Part shown: positions 47,959 through 57,470 of the stretch, piece by piece
How positions within the stretch are numbered: the first letter of the stretch is position 1
How the letters are laid out: every line of letters starts with the position of its first letter
Assembly (NCBI GenBank): GCA_963456295.1
Contig: CAUOLG010000001.1
Coordinates: 29,758 to 93,757, forward strand
Source of the DNA: an uncultured Candidatus Saccharibacteria bacterium
GTDB taxonomy: Bacteria; Patescibacteriota; Saccharimonadia; Saccharimonadales; Saccharimonadaceae
Direction of reading: 5' to 3'
DNA length: 64,000 nucleotides
Notes under the pieces: generated by a model
What the model saw: only the letters and a program-made list of their open reading frames with translations
Told to the model about the DNA's origin: nothing
Databases searched by the model: none
Translations under genes and position numbers: made by a program

Positions 47959-48885
47959 ATGATTTATCGTCTGCAGTATCAGTTAGCTACACCGGGGCTT
48001 GATTATCGCCTGGGAGCGGTTAACAGTATCTGCGTGGCGACGAAGATTATTGACGGTTTGGCGGAAGCAGGTTTTCCTTATAGTAGCAGTGTCTGTTGGA
48101 TCAGGCGAATGGCTTTTCAGCAGAGGCTAATTTTATACATTGAATGTATTTCGGCTCAAGTGGCCGAAGCTGTTGATCGGATTGTGCAGTCACACCACGT
48201 CCTTTCTGAAGCACAACTTGATAGCTGCCTGACTCAGGCGGAAGCGATGCTAGGGGAGACTATTTATCTAGATAAAGTTCGCTTTTATCAGGTTATGGCT
48301 GAGCTATTGAGCCGAGGGATGACTTCTCTTCCGAATGATCCGGGGGCAATAGCTGACCCGGCACTTGACCGGTCTTTTCGCTATGACTGGATTAGCTCTC
48401 GTCGTGACTATCGGTCTTTCCGACTTCAGATGATCTACCTCCGGGTTGTTCAGCCTGGCTTGACTGATCGTCTCATCCTGCCGGTCGTTCGGATGATGAT
48501 CAACGATCAGCTGGACCGGCTGGCTCGATCCTTTGGCGCCAATTATAACTATAACTCAGTAATGGACTATGGCGATGACTACCTAACTCTGCACTACCGA
48601 TATCTGACAAGATACCAGCTTAGCCGTCGTCAATTCCGGCATCGACTAGAGCAACTGCTGAGCCAGTTAACGGTTAGCGAGCGAGACTGTGACTTCTTTC
48701 GTAGATCAATTCAAGTCGGCATGCGTTACTTTAGCCCGGTGGATGTTTACTCTAGTAGCGGGGTGTTGACTGGGGCGGATGATTTGGTGAAGAATATCAA
48801 CGTCGAGAATATAAATCGGACTCTACGACGACTTAGGCTTCGGGCGGTTGATTACTTAGAAGCAACTGAGGCTGACTATGCTTGA
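47959..48885 (+). CDS. Hypothetical protein, paralog family member A2
   Basis: Paralog of 45194-46126; start placed at ATG 47959 by alignment. Confidence 0.6.
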   Translation: MIYRLQYQLATPGLDYRLGAVNSICVATKIIDGLAEAGFPYSSSVCWIRRMAFQQRLILYIECISAQVAEAVDRIVQSHHVLSEAQLDSCLTQAEAMLGETIYLDKVRFYQVMAELLSRGMTSLPNDPGAIADPALDRSFRYDWISSRRDYRSFRLQMIYLRVVQPGLTDRLILPVVRMMINDQLDRLARSFGANYNYNSVMDYGDDYLTLHYRYLTRYQLSRRQFRHRLEQLLSQLTVSERDCDFFRRSIQVGMRYFSPVDVYSSSGVLTGADDLVKNINVENINRTLRRLRLRAVDYLEATEADYA

Positions 48886-49894
48886 TCAGTCGTCGCCCAG
48901 TGACCTGGCGTCAGGTAACGACCTGAAGAGGCTCTACTTTATCGCTAAACTCGACTCGAAAGTGATTGACAGTCGAGTGGCTCATATCTACGAACACTGC
49001 CTGATAGAGCAGCTATCTGATTACCTACGTCGGGAGTACCGGACCAGGTTCCCCGGTATCTTCCTCAGCTATGGAGCCACTACCTTTCTCGGCTATATCA
49101 TGTTTCAGTTTGCTACTAGGGACGAGCAAGCTATGGGCCCGGTTCGGCAGTTCTTTCGGCAGAGTCGCTCTATGCCTGAATCTGCGATATTGGAGCAGTG
49201 TCAGCGGAGTGTCGAGGCGGAAGAGGGTATGATTTATCGGATTGATGACGGGGCGAAGTTTCTGGGGATGATTTACTTACTGACTGGGCTTCATTTTACC
49301 GAATTAGCAACCGGACGGCCGGTTTACAGTGCGGTGGTACCGAAACGTCAAGTCTATCGTGCTGCCTGGCTACGTCAAAGGCGGGCTAGTCGTTCCTTTC
49401 GGCGGATACGAGTCCGTCTAATGATTGATCAACCGGACCAGAGTGACTATGCTCTACTGCTGAGTACGACTGATCTCTTGCGAGATTCATTTGAGGACGT
49501 AGTGAATAGAGTCGGGGCTTATGCGATTGATCAGTGGCTGGAGGTGGATCAGGGCAAGCCGGTGGTGAATCTGACTTACTTAGTTCACAGTGATGTCAAG
49601 CTGGGTCAGCTGGCCCGAAAGTTGGAAGGAAGCTTGCCGATTGCGGTGAGCCAAACCGAGCTGGTTCGGTTGGTCAGCGAAGTTAAGAAGTCCGGTTCGA
49701 CTATCTTTTATCCTGATCAGCTATACAATCTGACGGGTCAATTGGCTACTACCGAAGTAACATTGGAGCGATACCTGACTCCGAGTAATCTGCGACAGAC
49801 GCTGGACCGGCTATATTTCAGCGATGTGAAAGACGAACTACTACCCGGTGGGTACTATAATTATGAGAATCAGGCTGATGACTATCCGAGATAA
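48878..49894 (+). CDS. Putative M16/insulinase-like metallopeptidase, member B2 with HIYEH motif
   Basis: Inverzincin HxxEH motif near the N-terminus, then GATT beta-strand and a downstream VEAEE glutamate cluster. Confidence 0.55.
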   Translation: MLDQSSPSDLASGNDLKRLYFIAKLDSKVIDSRVAHIYEHCLIEQLSDYLRREYRTRFPGIFLSYGATTFLGYIMFQFATRDEQAMGPVRQFFRQSRSMPESAILEQCQRSVEAEEGMIYRIDDGAKFLGMIYLLTGLHFTELATGRPVYSAVVPKRQVYRAAWLRQRRASRSFRRIRVRLMIDQPDQSDYALLLSTTDLLRDSFEDVVNRVGAYAIDQWLEVDQGKPVVNLTYLVHSDVKLGQLARKLEGSLPIAVSQTELVRLVSEVKKSGSTIFYPDQLYNLTGQLATTEVTLERYLTPSNLRQTLDRLYFSDVKDELLPGGYYNYENQADDYPR

Positions 49895-49944
49895 GCGTAC
49901 AGGCTGGATAGGCATAACCGATTATGTTGTATAATAGTTAGCAT

Positions 49945-51198
49945 ATGAAGCTTTTTTCACGGGTCGAGGAGACCGATCAGTATATCGTCGCCTTAGATAT
50001 CGGGACGGTCTACACTAAGGCGCTGATCGCTAAACTGATTGATGATAAGCTGAGGGTAGTCGGGATTGGTCGGGCTCGCCAAGAGACAGGCAACATGTTT
50101 GGTGGGGCTATCGCCGATATCACCGGTGTAGTCAAGAACTGTGAGGTAGCGTTAGCCAAAGCGGAGGATCAGGCCGGTGTCCAGGCTAAGAAAGTGGTGA
50201 TTGGCATTGCCGGCGAGTTCGTTAAGGGGATTACTTCAACTATTCGTTATAAACGTCCCAATCCGGATCATCAGCTGAGCGAAGCGGAGATGCAGCTGAT
50301 CATTGACAAGGTGCAAGAGAGAGCTGCCACTAAGGCGCAGAAGCAGATTGCCTTTGAGACGGGTAATCCTGATGTCGAGGTCAAGCTGGTTAATGCTGCT
50401 ATCGTCAGTATTCATATCGACGGCTACAAGGTTAGTAATCCAATCGGCTTCCAGGGTAAAGACGTGGCGATCCAGATCTACACTGCATTTGCACCGATGG
50501 TTCATATCGGGGCGCTGGAGCGGACGGCAACCGAGCTAAACTTAGAGCTGGTGGCGGTGGCAGCCGAGCCCTTCGCAGTGGCTCGGGCAGTACTGGGGAC
50601 GGATGAGAGTCCCAACTATACAGCGATATTGTGTGATGTCGGCGGTGGTAGTACCGATATCGCCGTAGTCAATGACGGCGGAGTGGAAGGTACCAAGTGC
50701 TTTGGCGTGGCCGGTCGATCCTTCACTAAGACGATCAGTGGCGACCTAAGCATTGGCTATGAGGCTGCCGAGAAGCTCAAGCTTAATATTGACGGAGGCA
50801 AGATCAAGCCTAACGTACTCCGGACGGTTAATGAATCAATTGACAATACTTTAGATGTCTGGATCAGCGGTGTGCAGCTGGCGCTGAGCGAGTTTGATGC
50901 TATCGATCATCTGCCGAATAAGTTCTTACTCTGTGGTGGCGGTTCGTCACTGGGTGCTCTGGTTGATCGGCTGGAGACCTCAAGCTGGTATAAGGACTTG
51001 CCTTTCTCGAGACGACCGATCATCAAGCATGTTCGCCCCAGCGATGTATCAGGTATAGAGGATGAGACCGGTGAGATCACTGACCACACTCTGATCACTG
51101 CTCTAGGGCTTTTGCGAGTGGGCTATGATACAATGGAGTCAGTCACCGGGACGAAGGAGACGTTCCGAGATAAAATAGATAGAGTACTAAGGATATAA
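49945..51198 (+). CDS. ftsA: FtsA-like actin-fold ATPase
   Basis: VALDIGT, GGAIADI, AEP.A.A, DVGGGSTDIAV, AEKLK, LCGGGS. Confidence 0.8.
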   Translation: MKLFSRVEETDQYIVALDIGTVYTKALIAKLIDDKLRVVGIGRARQETGNMFGGAIADITGVVKNCEVALAKAEDQAGVQAKKVVIGIAGEFVKGITSTIRYKRPNPDHQLSEAEMQLIIDKVQERAATKAQKQIAFETGNPDVEVKLVNAAIVSIHIDGYKVSNPIGFQGKDVAIQIYTAFAPMVHIGALERTATELNLELVAVAAEPFAVARAVLGTDESPNYTAILCDVGGGSTDIAVVNDGGVEGTKCFGVAGRSFTKTISGDLSIGYEAAEKLKLNIDGGKIKPNVLRTVNESIDNTLDVWISGVQLALSEFDAIDHLPNKFLLCGGGSSLGALVDRLETSSWYKDLPFSRRPIIKHVRPSDVSGIEDETGEITDHTLITALGLLRVGYDTMESVTGTKETFRDKIDRVLRI

Positions 51199-51199
51199 G

Positions 51200-52969
51200 A
51201 TGGCGAAGCTTGATAGTCAGAGAGTCAAGGTCAGAGTAGCGAAGCGAGGGCGAGATGATACGCCAAGTTCCGGCTTGCAGGGTCGGGGTCTGATCTACAT
51301 TGATACCGATGATGACGTGACTTCTATCGTAGGCAAGATTAAGGCTGCCAAAGAGACGGTGGTGGCACTGGTGCCGCCTAAGCGCATCGGAGTACTGCAG
51401 AGCGCAGTTAACCTGAAGCTATTACAACGAGCAGCTAAGTTGGCGCATAAGCGTCTCAGTATCGTTACTCTGGATAAGGCGCTGACCAACTTAGCCTCCG
51501 GCCTAGCCATTCCGGTGGCTAAGAATATCAATGCCCAAGCGAGGTTGATCGAAGTTGATAACGTCGATGATGATGACGATGACATTATCGACGGGCGCAA
51601 TGAAGCAATCGGCAGGCTGGATGATGTTGCCAGAGAGTCAGCGGGGGAACGGACGGATGATGATATATCCGTGGCTGTGGCGGCGATTGAGACGGACGAT
51701 CATATCAAGAACGACGCTGATGGTGACGGCGTGGCTGACGATGAAACTCCCGGATCGACGAAGCGGCCAACCGGTAAGCGGATCAAGATCCCCGATATCG
51801 GCGATCTGAGAAAGAAGATTTTACTAATCGGTGGAGGCTTGATACTGCTGATTGGACTGATCGTCTGGGTGCTCGTTATTGCTCCTCAAGCGATTATTAC
51901 CATCAAGGCGAAGACAACTGCCGTTGATATTGAGCGGACACTTAACTTAGTGCCGTCCGGTGAGCGTAATGATGAGCAGGGCACCCTGCCTCCGGTCATC
52001 AAGCAAAAGAAAGCTAACGAGATAGTGCAGTTCAACGCTACCGGTACTAAGGAGGTCGGTACTAAGGCGACCGGTACAGTGGCTTTTTGCTATAACGCTA
52101 CTCCTAATGACTCCTATAGCGATACACCTAAGAAGAATAGTATTACCATTGAAGCGGGTACCAGATTGTATGCTAGCGGCATGCAATTCACGACTGACGG
52201 TGATGTGACTGTTATCGGCGGCAAAGATGCTTCGGGAGAGTGTAAGACTTATCATAGCGTCAAAGCGACAGCGGTGAACATCGGCCCCGAAGGCAATATC
52301 GAGAAGAATACCGCCCTTTCCGTCTCGGGCTATTCTTCCAGTAAAGTGACAGCTCTGGCTAAAGTGACCTTTAGTGGCGGTAATAAGCAGACGGTTAAAG
52401 TGGTGTCGCAGGCTGACGTCGATACAGCGGTAGCAGCGTTAAAGAAAAAAGGTGATATTAATGCCGCTAAGAAAGACCTGTCCAGTCAAATGTCCGGCTC
52501 GGTAGTAACTATCGGCAATAGCTTTAGCGTCGGACAGAGCGAGGTGAAAGTATCGCCGGCGGTGGGCGAGCAATCGTCCGGTCAAGCGACCGCCAGTATG
52601 GAAATTACCTACACTCTGATGGGGGTTAGTCGGGGCGATCTAAAGGGGATGTTGTCTCACCAGCTGAATAGCAAAAAACGCCCTGACCAGAAGATTTATA
52701 GTGATGGCGTTAAAGAAATAGCGTTTAGCGGCTTCGCTCCGGCTCAGAATGGCTATGTAGTTGCTATTAAGACTACCGGTAAGTTAGGACCGCAAGTGGA
52801 TGAGGCTAGCGCCAAACGCCAGGCGACAGGTCGTAAATCAGAGGAGGTTAAGTCGCTGCTCAAGCAGACCGAGGGTGTTAGCGATGTTAACGTAGCGCTG
52901 TCGCCCTTCTGGGTTAGTCGGGTACCGGCTGTGAATAAGATAAAGGTTGTTTATACGGTCGATCAATGA
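51200..52969 (+). CDS. Bitopic membrane protein with acidic cytoplasmic linker and beta-rich extracellular (baseplate-J-like) region
   Basis: IYIDTDDDVTSI N-domain, one TM, KATGTV.F.N..I.AGT...G..F.T and V.A...G..GNI patterns, SPFW C-terminus. Confidence 0.55.
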   Translation: MAKLDSQRVKVRVAKRGRDDTPSSGLQGRGLIYIDTDDDVTSIVGKIKAAKETVVALVPPKRIGVLQSAVNLKLLQRAAKLAHKRLSIVTLDKALTNLASGLAIPVAKNINAQARLIEVDNVDDDDDDIIDGRNEAIGRLDDVARESAGERTDDDISVAVAAIETDDHIKNDADGDGVADDETPGSTKRPTGKRIKIPDIGDLRKKILLIGGGLILLIGLIVWVLVIAPQAIITIKAKTTAVDIERTLNLVPSGERNDEQGTLPPVIKQKKANEIVQFNATGTKEVGTKATGTVAFCYNATPNDSYSDTPKKNSITIEAGTRLYASGMQFTTDGDVTVIGGKDASGECKTYHSVKATAVNIGPEGNIEKNTALSVSGYSSSKVTALAKVTFSGGNKQTVKVVSQADVDTAVAALKKKGDINAAKKDLSSQMSGSVVTIGNSFSVGQSEVKVSPAVGEQSSGQATASMEITYTLMGVSRGDLKGMLSHQLNSKKRPDQKIYSDGVKEIAFSGFAPAQNGYVVAIKTTGKLGPQVDEASAKRQATGRKSEEVKSLLKQTEGVSDVNVALSPFWVSRVPAVNKIKVVYTVDQ

Positions 52970-53409
52970 AGCAGCTGGAACGATTAATGGCGCTGGATGT
53001 CGGGGCTCGACGAATTGGTGTTGCCCTTGGCGATAACGAGGTTAAACTAGCCTCACCGACTAAAGCGGTTGAGAATGACGGGCAGGCTCTGGCTGAGATC
53101 TGTCGTTTGGTCGTAAACCACCAGATCAAGACAGTGGTGGTTGGCCTGCCTCGCAATGCCGAGGGGCTAGAGACTAAGCAGAGTGAGTACTGTCGTCAGT
53201 TTGCAGATGATCTGGAGGATGCTATGTCGGTTAGTTCTATTCGGGGTGTTGAAGTGGTTTTTCAGGATGAGAGTTTGACATCCGTTCAGGCAGAGGCGAT
53301 GCTTCGTCGGGACAAGAAGCACTTTAAGGAGCAAATGTTACGAGACGGCACGCTGGATAGTCAAGCAGCGGTGGTTATATTGACTGATTATCTAGGTGGG
53401 GTGAAATAA
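52966..53409 (+). CDS. yqgF: Holliday junction resolvase-like protein RuvX/YqgF
   Basis: ALDVGARRIGVA, VVVGLP, QDESLTS, DSQAA. Confidence 0.93.
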   Translation: MKQLERLMALDVGARRIGVALGDNEVKLASPTKAVENDGQALAEICRLVVNHQIKTVVVGLPRNAEGLETKQSEYCRQFADDLEDAMSVSSIRGVEVVFQDESLTSVQAEAMLRRDKKHFKEQMLRDGTLDSQAAVVILTDYLGGVK

Positions 53410-53412
53410 GGT

Positions 53413-54624
53413 ATGAAGATAGAGGTGGGCAAGCTTAAGCCGGGTCATAAACGGGTGAATGTCAGTCAGGTCAAGCGACGACCGTCATTTGAGATAGCGA
53501 ACGACTTCATGGAGCTTAACTTTAAGCCAATTATCGAAGCGGAGACTGAGGCAACGCTGAGTCGGGGTGAGCTGAGACGTCGGCGCCGTCAGCAAAAGCG
53601 TCAAGCTCGGCGGGGCAGACATAGCATCTTGCGTAACAGTGTGGTCATCGCAGCGATCTTCATTGTTATTGCCGTTGCGACCGTCTTTGTTTGGTGGTGT
53701 AGCTCGTCCGAGCCGGTCAATGCAGCGGATAAGAGCGTCCGACAGTTCGTTATTGATAAGGGCGCTACTACTGAAGAAGTGGCTAATGCTCTCCAGAAGG
53801 CGGGCTTTATTCGCAACACTCTGGCTTTTCGAATCTACAAGCGTCTTCATGGTGGGGATATCCAGGCGGGCACACATATGCTTAGTCCGAGCTACGGCAT
53901 GACCAAGATTGTTGATAAGTTGGCCACCGCTGATAGTGATGAGGTTGATATTCAGATACCGCCCGGGCTGACTCTTAACGAGCTAAAAGAGGTCTTTAAG
54001 GGCTATGACTATACCGATGCTGAGATAGAGAAGGCGTTATCGGCTCATTACGATAGCCCGATCTTAGCCGACAAACCTGATAATGCCGGCCTGGAAGGCT
54101 ACCTCTACCCCGATACTTACCGAGTGCTGGCCGGCGATGGGCTGGATAAGGTGATCAAGAAGGCGCTCAATCAACTGGCGCTGGTCAGTAGTCGTAACAA
54201 TCTCAAGGTTAAATTTGCCGGTCGGGGGCTAAGTTTTTATCAAGGCATTACGCTAGCCTCAATCGTAACCAAGGAGGTTAAGAACCAAGCTGACCAGAAG
54301 CTAGTAGCTAGTGTCTTTTTCAATCGCTTAGAGGCGGGGATGAACCTAGGTTCGGACGTGACGTTTCAGTACGCCTACAAGATGGGGATGTGCAACACTA
54401 ACTCACCTGACTGTACCTCGGCTTATAACACCCGCAATAATCCGGGGCTGCCGCCCGGGCCAATCGCTAACCCTAGCTTGAGTGCCATGTTGGCGGTGGC
54501 GGAGCCTCCGGCGAGCGGTTACTATTACTTTGTGGCCGGCGAAGACGGCAAGACGTATTTCTCAGAGACGGCTGACCAGCACAACCAGGCTGTGGCTGAT
54601 CACTGTGGCAAACTATGCAAGTAG
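53413..54624 (+). CDS. mltG: Endolytic transglycosylase MltG
   Basis: TM, LEGYLYPDTY, LASIVTKE, F.NRL...M.LGSD, YNT....GLPPGPIANP. Confidence 0.95.
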   Translation: MKIEVGKLKPGHKRVNVSQVKRRPSFEIANDFMELNFKPIIEAETEATLSRGELRRRRRQQKRQARRGRHSILRNSVVIAAIFIVIAVATVFVWWCSSSEPVNAADKSVRQFVIDKGATTEEVANALQKAGFIRNTLAFRIYKRLHGGDIQAGTHMLSPSYGMTKIVDKLATADSDEVDIQIPPGLTLNELKEVFKGYDYTDAEIEKALSAHYDSPILADKPDNAGLEGYLYPDTYRVLAGDGLDKVIKKALNQLALVSSRNNLKVKFAGRGLSFYQGITLASIVTKEVKNQADQKLVASVFFNRLEAGMNLGSDVTFQYAYKMGMCNTNSPDCTSAYNTRNNPGLPPGPIANPSLSAMLAVAEPPASGYYYFVAGEDGKTYFSETADQHNQAVADHCGKLCK

Positions 54625-54668
54625 TTTTTACTACTACTGTCGATAGCTAGCTCCACCCCTAAAGAGCA

Positions 54669-54698
54669 TTGACACGACTACCTCCTACTTGCTATAAT
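54669..54698 (+). promoter_or_regulatory. Consensus sigma70 promoter of the LysM-CHAP gene
   Basis: TTGACA-18 nt-TATAAT with extended TG. Confidence 0.7.
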
Positions 54699-54727
54699 CA
54701 ATAGCGATTTAATCTAAATCACGAGCT

Positions 54728-55981
54728 ATGACTGATCGTAATTTAATTAATTCTTCCAGCGAGAGAATCAAATCAAAGGCAAGTGGACGGAGCAAGAAGT
54801 TCCTACAACGGGCTTCTTACATCGCCGTCTTCATACTGGTACTGACGTTAGTCGCTACGAGTTACACTCATGCTGACTCTATCACCCAGGTTAGCCTGCC
54901 GGGTGTGTCGACTAGCAATTCTATTGACGTTAATATCTTACAAGGTCAGAAAGTTGGCCAGGTTAACCAGTCTAATGCTGTCGCTACCAGCTTGGCTGAC
55001 AATACCGGCGGTCAGCTGGCGGGCGGAGCGGTAACGACAGGCTCGACTACGGCTGATGATGTCAAGTCGGCTAACATCGCTTCGGCAGTGGCGTCAGTGA
55101 CTAATCTGTCGTCATCAAATAGCGTTTCCAGTAATGCAGAGTCGGTTAACGTGAGTGCCGAGATGGCGCAGGCTGATGCTACCAGCGTCAGCAAACAGCA
55201 GATTGTGGCGCCGACGACTGAGTCGAAGGCTTTGGCGACTTATGTAGTGAAAGAAGGTGACTCGGCGGAGACGATCGCTAAAGCGCATGGCGTCTCAGCC
55301 CAGACTATCCGCTGGGCTAATGGCCTTAAGACTGATGCTATGGCGGTCGGCTCGACTATCACTATCCCGGCCGTCGATGGTGTAGTCTATACTGTCAAAG
55401 AAGGTGATGACCTGAAGGCACTGGCTGATAAATATAAGTCGTCTACTGAGTCGATTACCAACATCAATAACCTCAATAGCGACAAGGTGGCGACGGGTAC
55501 GGCTATTCTTTTGCCGGATGGTGTCTTACCCGAGGAAGAGCGCCCGGAGTATGTTGCGCCTCGAGCCAGACGGCGCTATGGGCGGAGTTCGTACTCGTAT
55601 GGTTATAATGACGATTCGTCGGGTGTCAGCACTACTCTAGGCTTCTATGTACCGATCGTCAGCGGTAACCGTTATGCCTATGGCTATTGTACCTGGTATG
55701 CCTATAATCGCCGAGTTCAGCTGGGGCTACCGGTCAGTGGCGGTTGGGGTAATGCCAATACCTGGGATAGTGGAGCGAGAGCTTCGGGGCTTCTGGTCGA
55801 CCACATTCCGTCGGTTGGGGCTATTTTCCAGACCAAATCCGGCTACTACGGTCACGTTGGTATCGTCGAGCGAGTTAATCCCGACGGTAGTGTCTTCGTC
55901 AGTGAGATGAATTACGCCGGTTGGAACGTCCGATCGACCAGAACTATCCATAATCTAGCGGGCTACAAGTTTATTCACTAG
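54728..55981 (+). CDS. LysM x2 + CHAP domain peptidoglycan hydrolase
   Basis: YVVKEGDS and YTVKEGDD LysM repeats; YGYCTWY, WGNA..W, YGHV..VE, SEMN CHAP motifs. Confidence 0.93.
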   Translation: MTDRNLINSSSERIKSKASGRSKKFLQRASYIAVFILVLTLVATSYTHADSITQVSLPGVSTSNSIDVNILQGQKVGQVNQSNAVATSLADNTGGQLAGGAVTTGSTTADDVKSANIASAVASVTNLSSSNSVSSNAESVNVSAEMAQADATSVSKQQIVAPTTESKALATYVVKEGDSAETIAKAHGVSAQTIRWANGLKTDAMAVGSTITIPAVDGVVYTVKEGDDLKALADKYKSSTESITNINNLNSDKVATGTAILLPDGVLPEEERPEYVAPRARRRYGRSSYSYGYNDDSSGVSTTLGFYVPIVSGNRYAYGYCTWYAYNRRVQLGLPVSGGWGNANTWDSGARASGLLVDHIPSVGAIFQTKSGYYGHVGIVERVNPDGSVFVSEMNYAGWNVRSTRTIHNLAGYKFIH

Positions 55982-55987
55982 GGGTTC

Positions 55988-57412
55988 ATGCGGACGTTCT
56001 TCTTTTATGATCTGGAGACGTCCGGATTTAGTGCCAGGTACGACCGGATCATGCAGTTTGCCGGTCAGCGGACTGACGATGAGCTTGAGCTGATCGGTCA
56101 GCCGGTTAACTTGCTGGTCAAGCTGACCGATGATATCTTGCCTGCGCCGGGGGCGGTCTTAACTACTCATATTACGCCGCAAATGACTGTGGCTGATGGT
56201 ATCAGCGAGGCAGACTTTTGCCGTTACTTTCTAGAGCAGGTCGCTACACCGGATACAACCATCCTGGGATATAACAGTACGAGGTTTGACGACGAGTTTA
56301 TCCGTCACACCTTGTGGCGTAATTTTCATGATCCTTATCAGTGGGCATGGGCAGAAGGTCGTGACCGCTGGGATCTGCTGGATGTGACTCGGCTGGTACG
56401 AGCATTGCGTCCGGAGGGAATTAATTGGCCAACTAAGCGGGTAGCGGAGACGGATCAGCTGATTAATACGGTCAATCTGGTAGATATGGCGAAGTGTAAC
56501 GGCTTTGAGAACGACAATGCTCATGATGCCCTGGCTGATGTCAAGGCGCTGATTAGTCTAGCAAGGCTACTACGCCAGAGCCAGCCGACGATGTGGTGCT
56601 ACTTGCTGGATCACCATGACAAGCATTCAATACTTAACATCATCACTCCCGGCCAGCCTAAGCCGTTTGTCTATGCCAGTGGCCGCTACTCGTCTAGCTA
56701 CCAGAAGACGACGGTGGCAACGGTGATTGCTGAAGGGCGCACCCCGAACAGCTATCTAGTTTGGGATCTGCGCTATGATCCGGCCGATTTCACCTCACTT
56801 AGTGAGGCAGAGATACTCGGTAATCTGACAGCAGATCGGGCGACTAGACGACAGGATGATTTCGTCCCTATACCGATCAAGGAGCTGAGCATCAATAAGT
56901 GTCCCGCAGTAGCGCCTCTAGGGGTGCTAGATGCGGCTTCGGAAGTTCGGATTAGTCTAAGCCAGGCTGAGGCAATGAAGCATTATCATCAGCTGAATAG
57001 CCAAGCCGGCTTAGTCAAACGACTGACTAGGGCTTGGTGCAAGCGCCCCGCATTTCCGTCGGCTAGTGATGTCGAAGGTAAGCTGTATGACAGCTTTACG
57101 CCTAAGAGTGATCAGGCAAAGATCCGCCTAGTCGCCGCAGCTGATTCAACCGGTCTGGCTGATTTACACCCTAACTTTACCGACGAACGGTTGGACGAAC
57201 TGCTCTTTCGCTACAAGGCTCGCCAATACCCGACTAGTTTATCAGAGTCGGAGGAAAAACGTTGGCAGAAGCTTCGTCGAGCCAAACTGGAGCGGGAACT
57301 ACCGGCTTATCTGTCAGAACTGAGCAAGCTGGCGAGTAGTCCGGCAGCGGATCAGTTTATCTTAGAAGAACTTCAGCTATGGGCGGAGTCGATTGCACCG
57401 GTTGACTACTAG
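55988..57412 (+). CDS. sbcB: Exodeoxyribonuclease I
   Basis: FYDLETSG, QFAGQRTD, GYNS.RFDDE, LRPEGI.WP, AHDALADV, NKCP. Confidence 0.93.
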   Translation: MRTFFFYDLETSGFSARYDRIMQFAGQRTDDELELIGQPVNLLVKLTDDILPAPGAVLTTHITPQMTVADGISEADFCRYFLEQVATPDTTILGYNSTRFDDEFIRHTLWRNFHDPYQWAWAEGRDRWDLLDVTRLVRALRPEGINWPTKRVAETDQLINTVNLVDMAKCNGFENDNAHDALADVKALISLARLLRQSQPTMWCYLLDHHDKHSILNIITPGQPKPFVYASGRYSSSYQKTTVATVIAEGRTPNSYLVWDLRYDPADFTSLSEAEILGNLTADRATRRQDDFVPIPIKELSINKCPAVAPLGVLDAASEVRISLSQAEAMKHYHQLNSQAGLVKRLTRAWCKRPAFPSASDVEGKLYDSFTPKSDQAKIRLVAAADSTGLADLHPNFTDERLDELLFRYKARQYPTSLSESEEKRWQKLRRAKLERELPAYLSELSKLASSPAADQFILEELQLWAESIAPVDY

Positions 57413-57470
57413 TCGCCGTTCAGCTACTTGCCAGCTCCGATATGCTTGTGCTAATTTATTAGGTAAGTAC

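Noticed and set aside
51200..52969. Prophage or contractile tail locus
   Set aside because: No other phage structural genes; the protein has a TM and sits in a housekeeping operon
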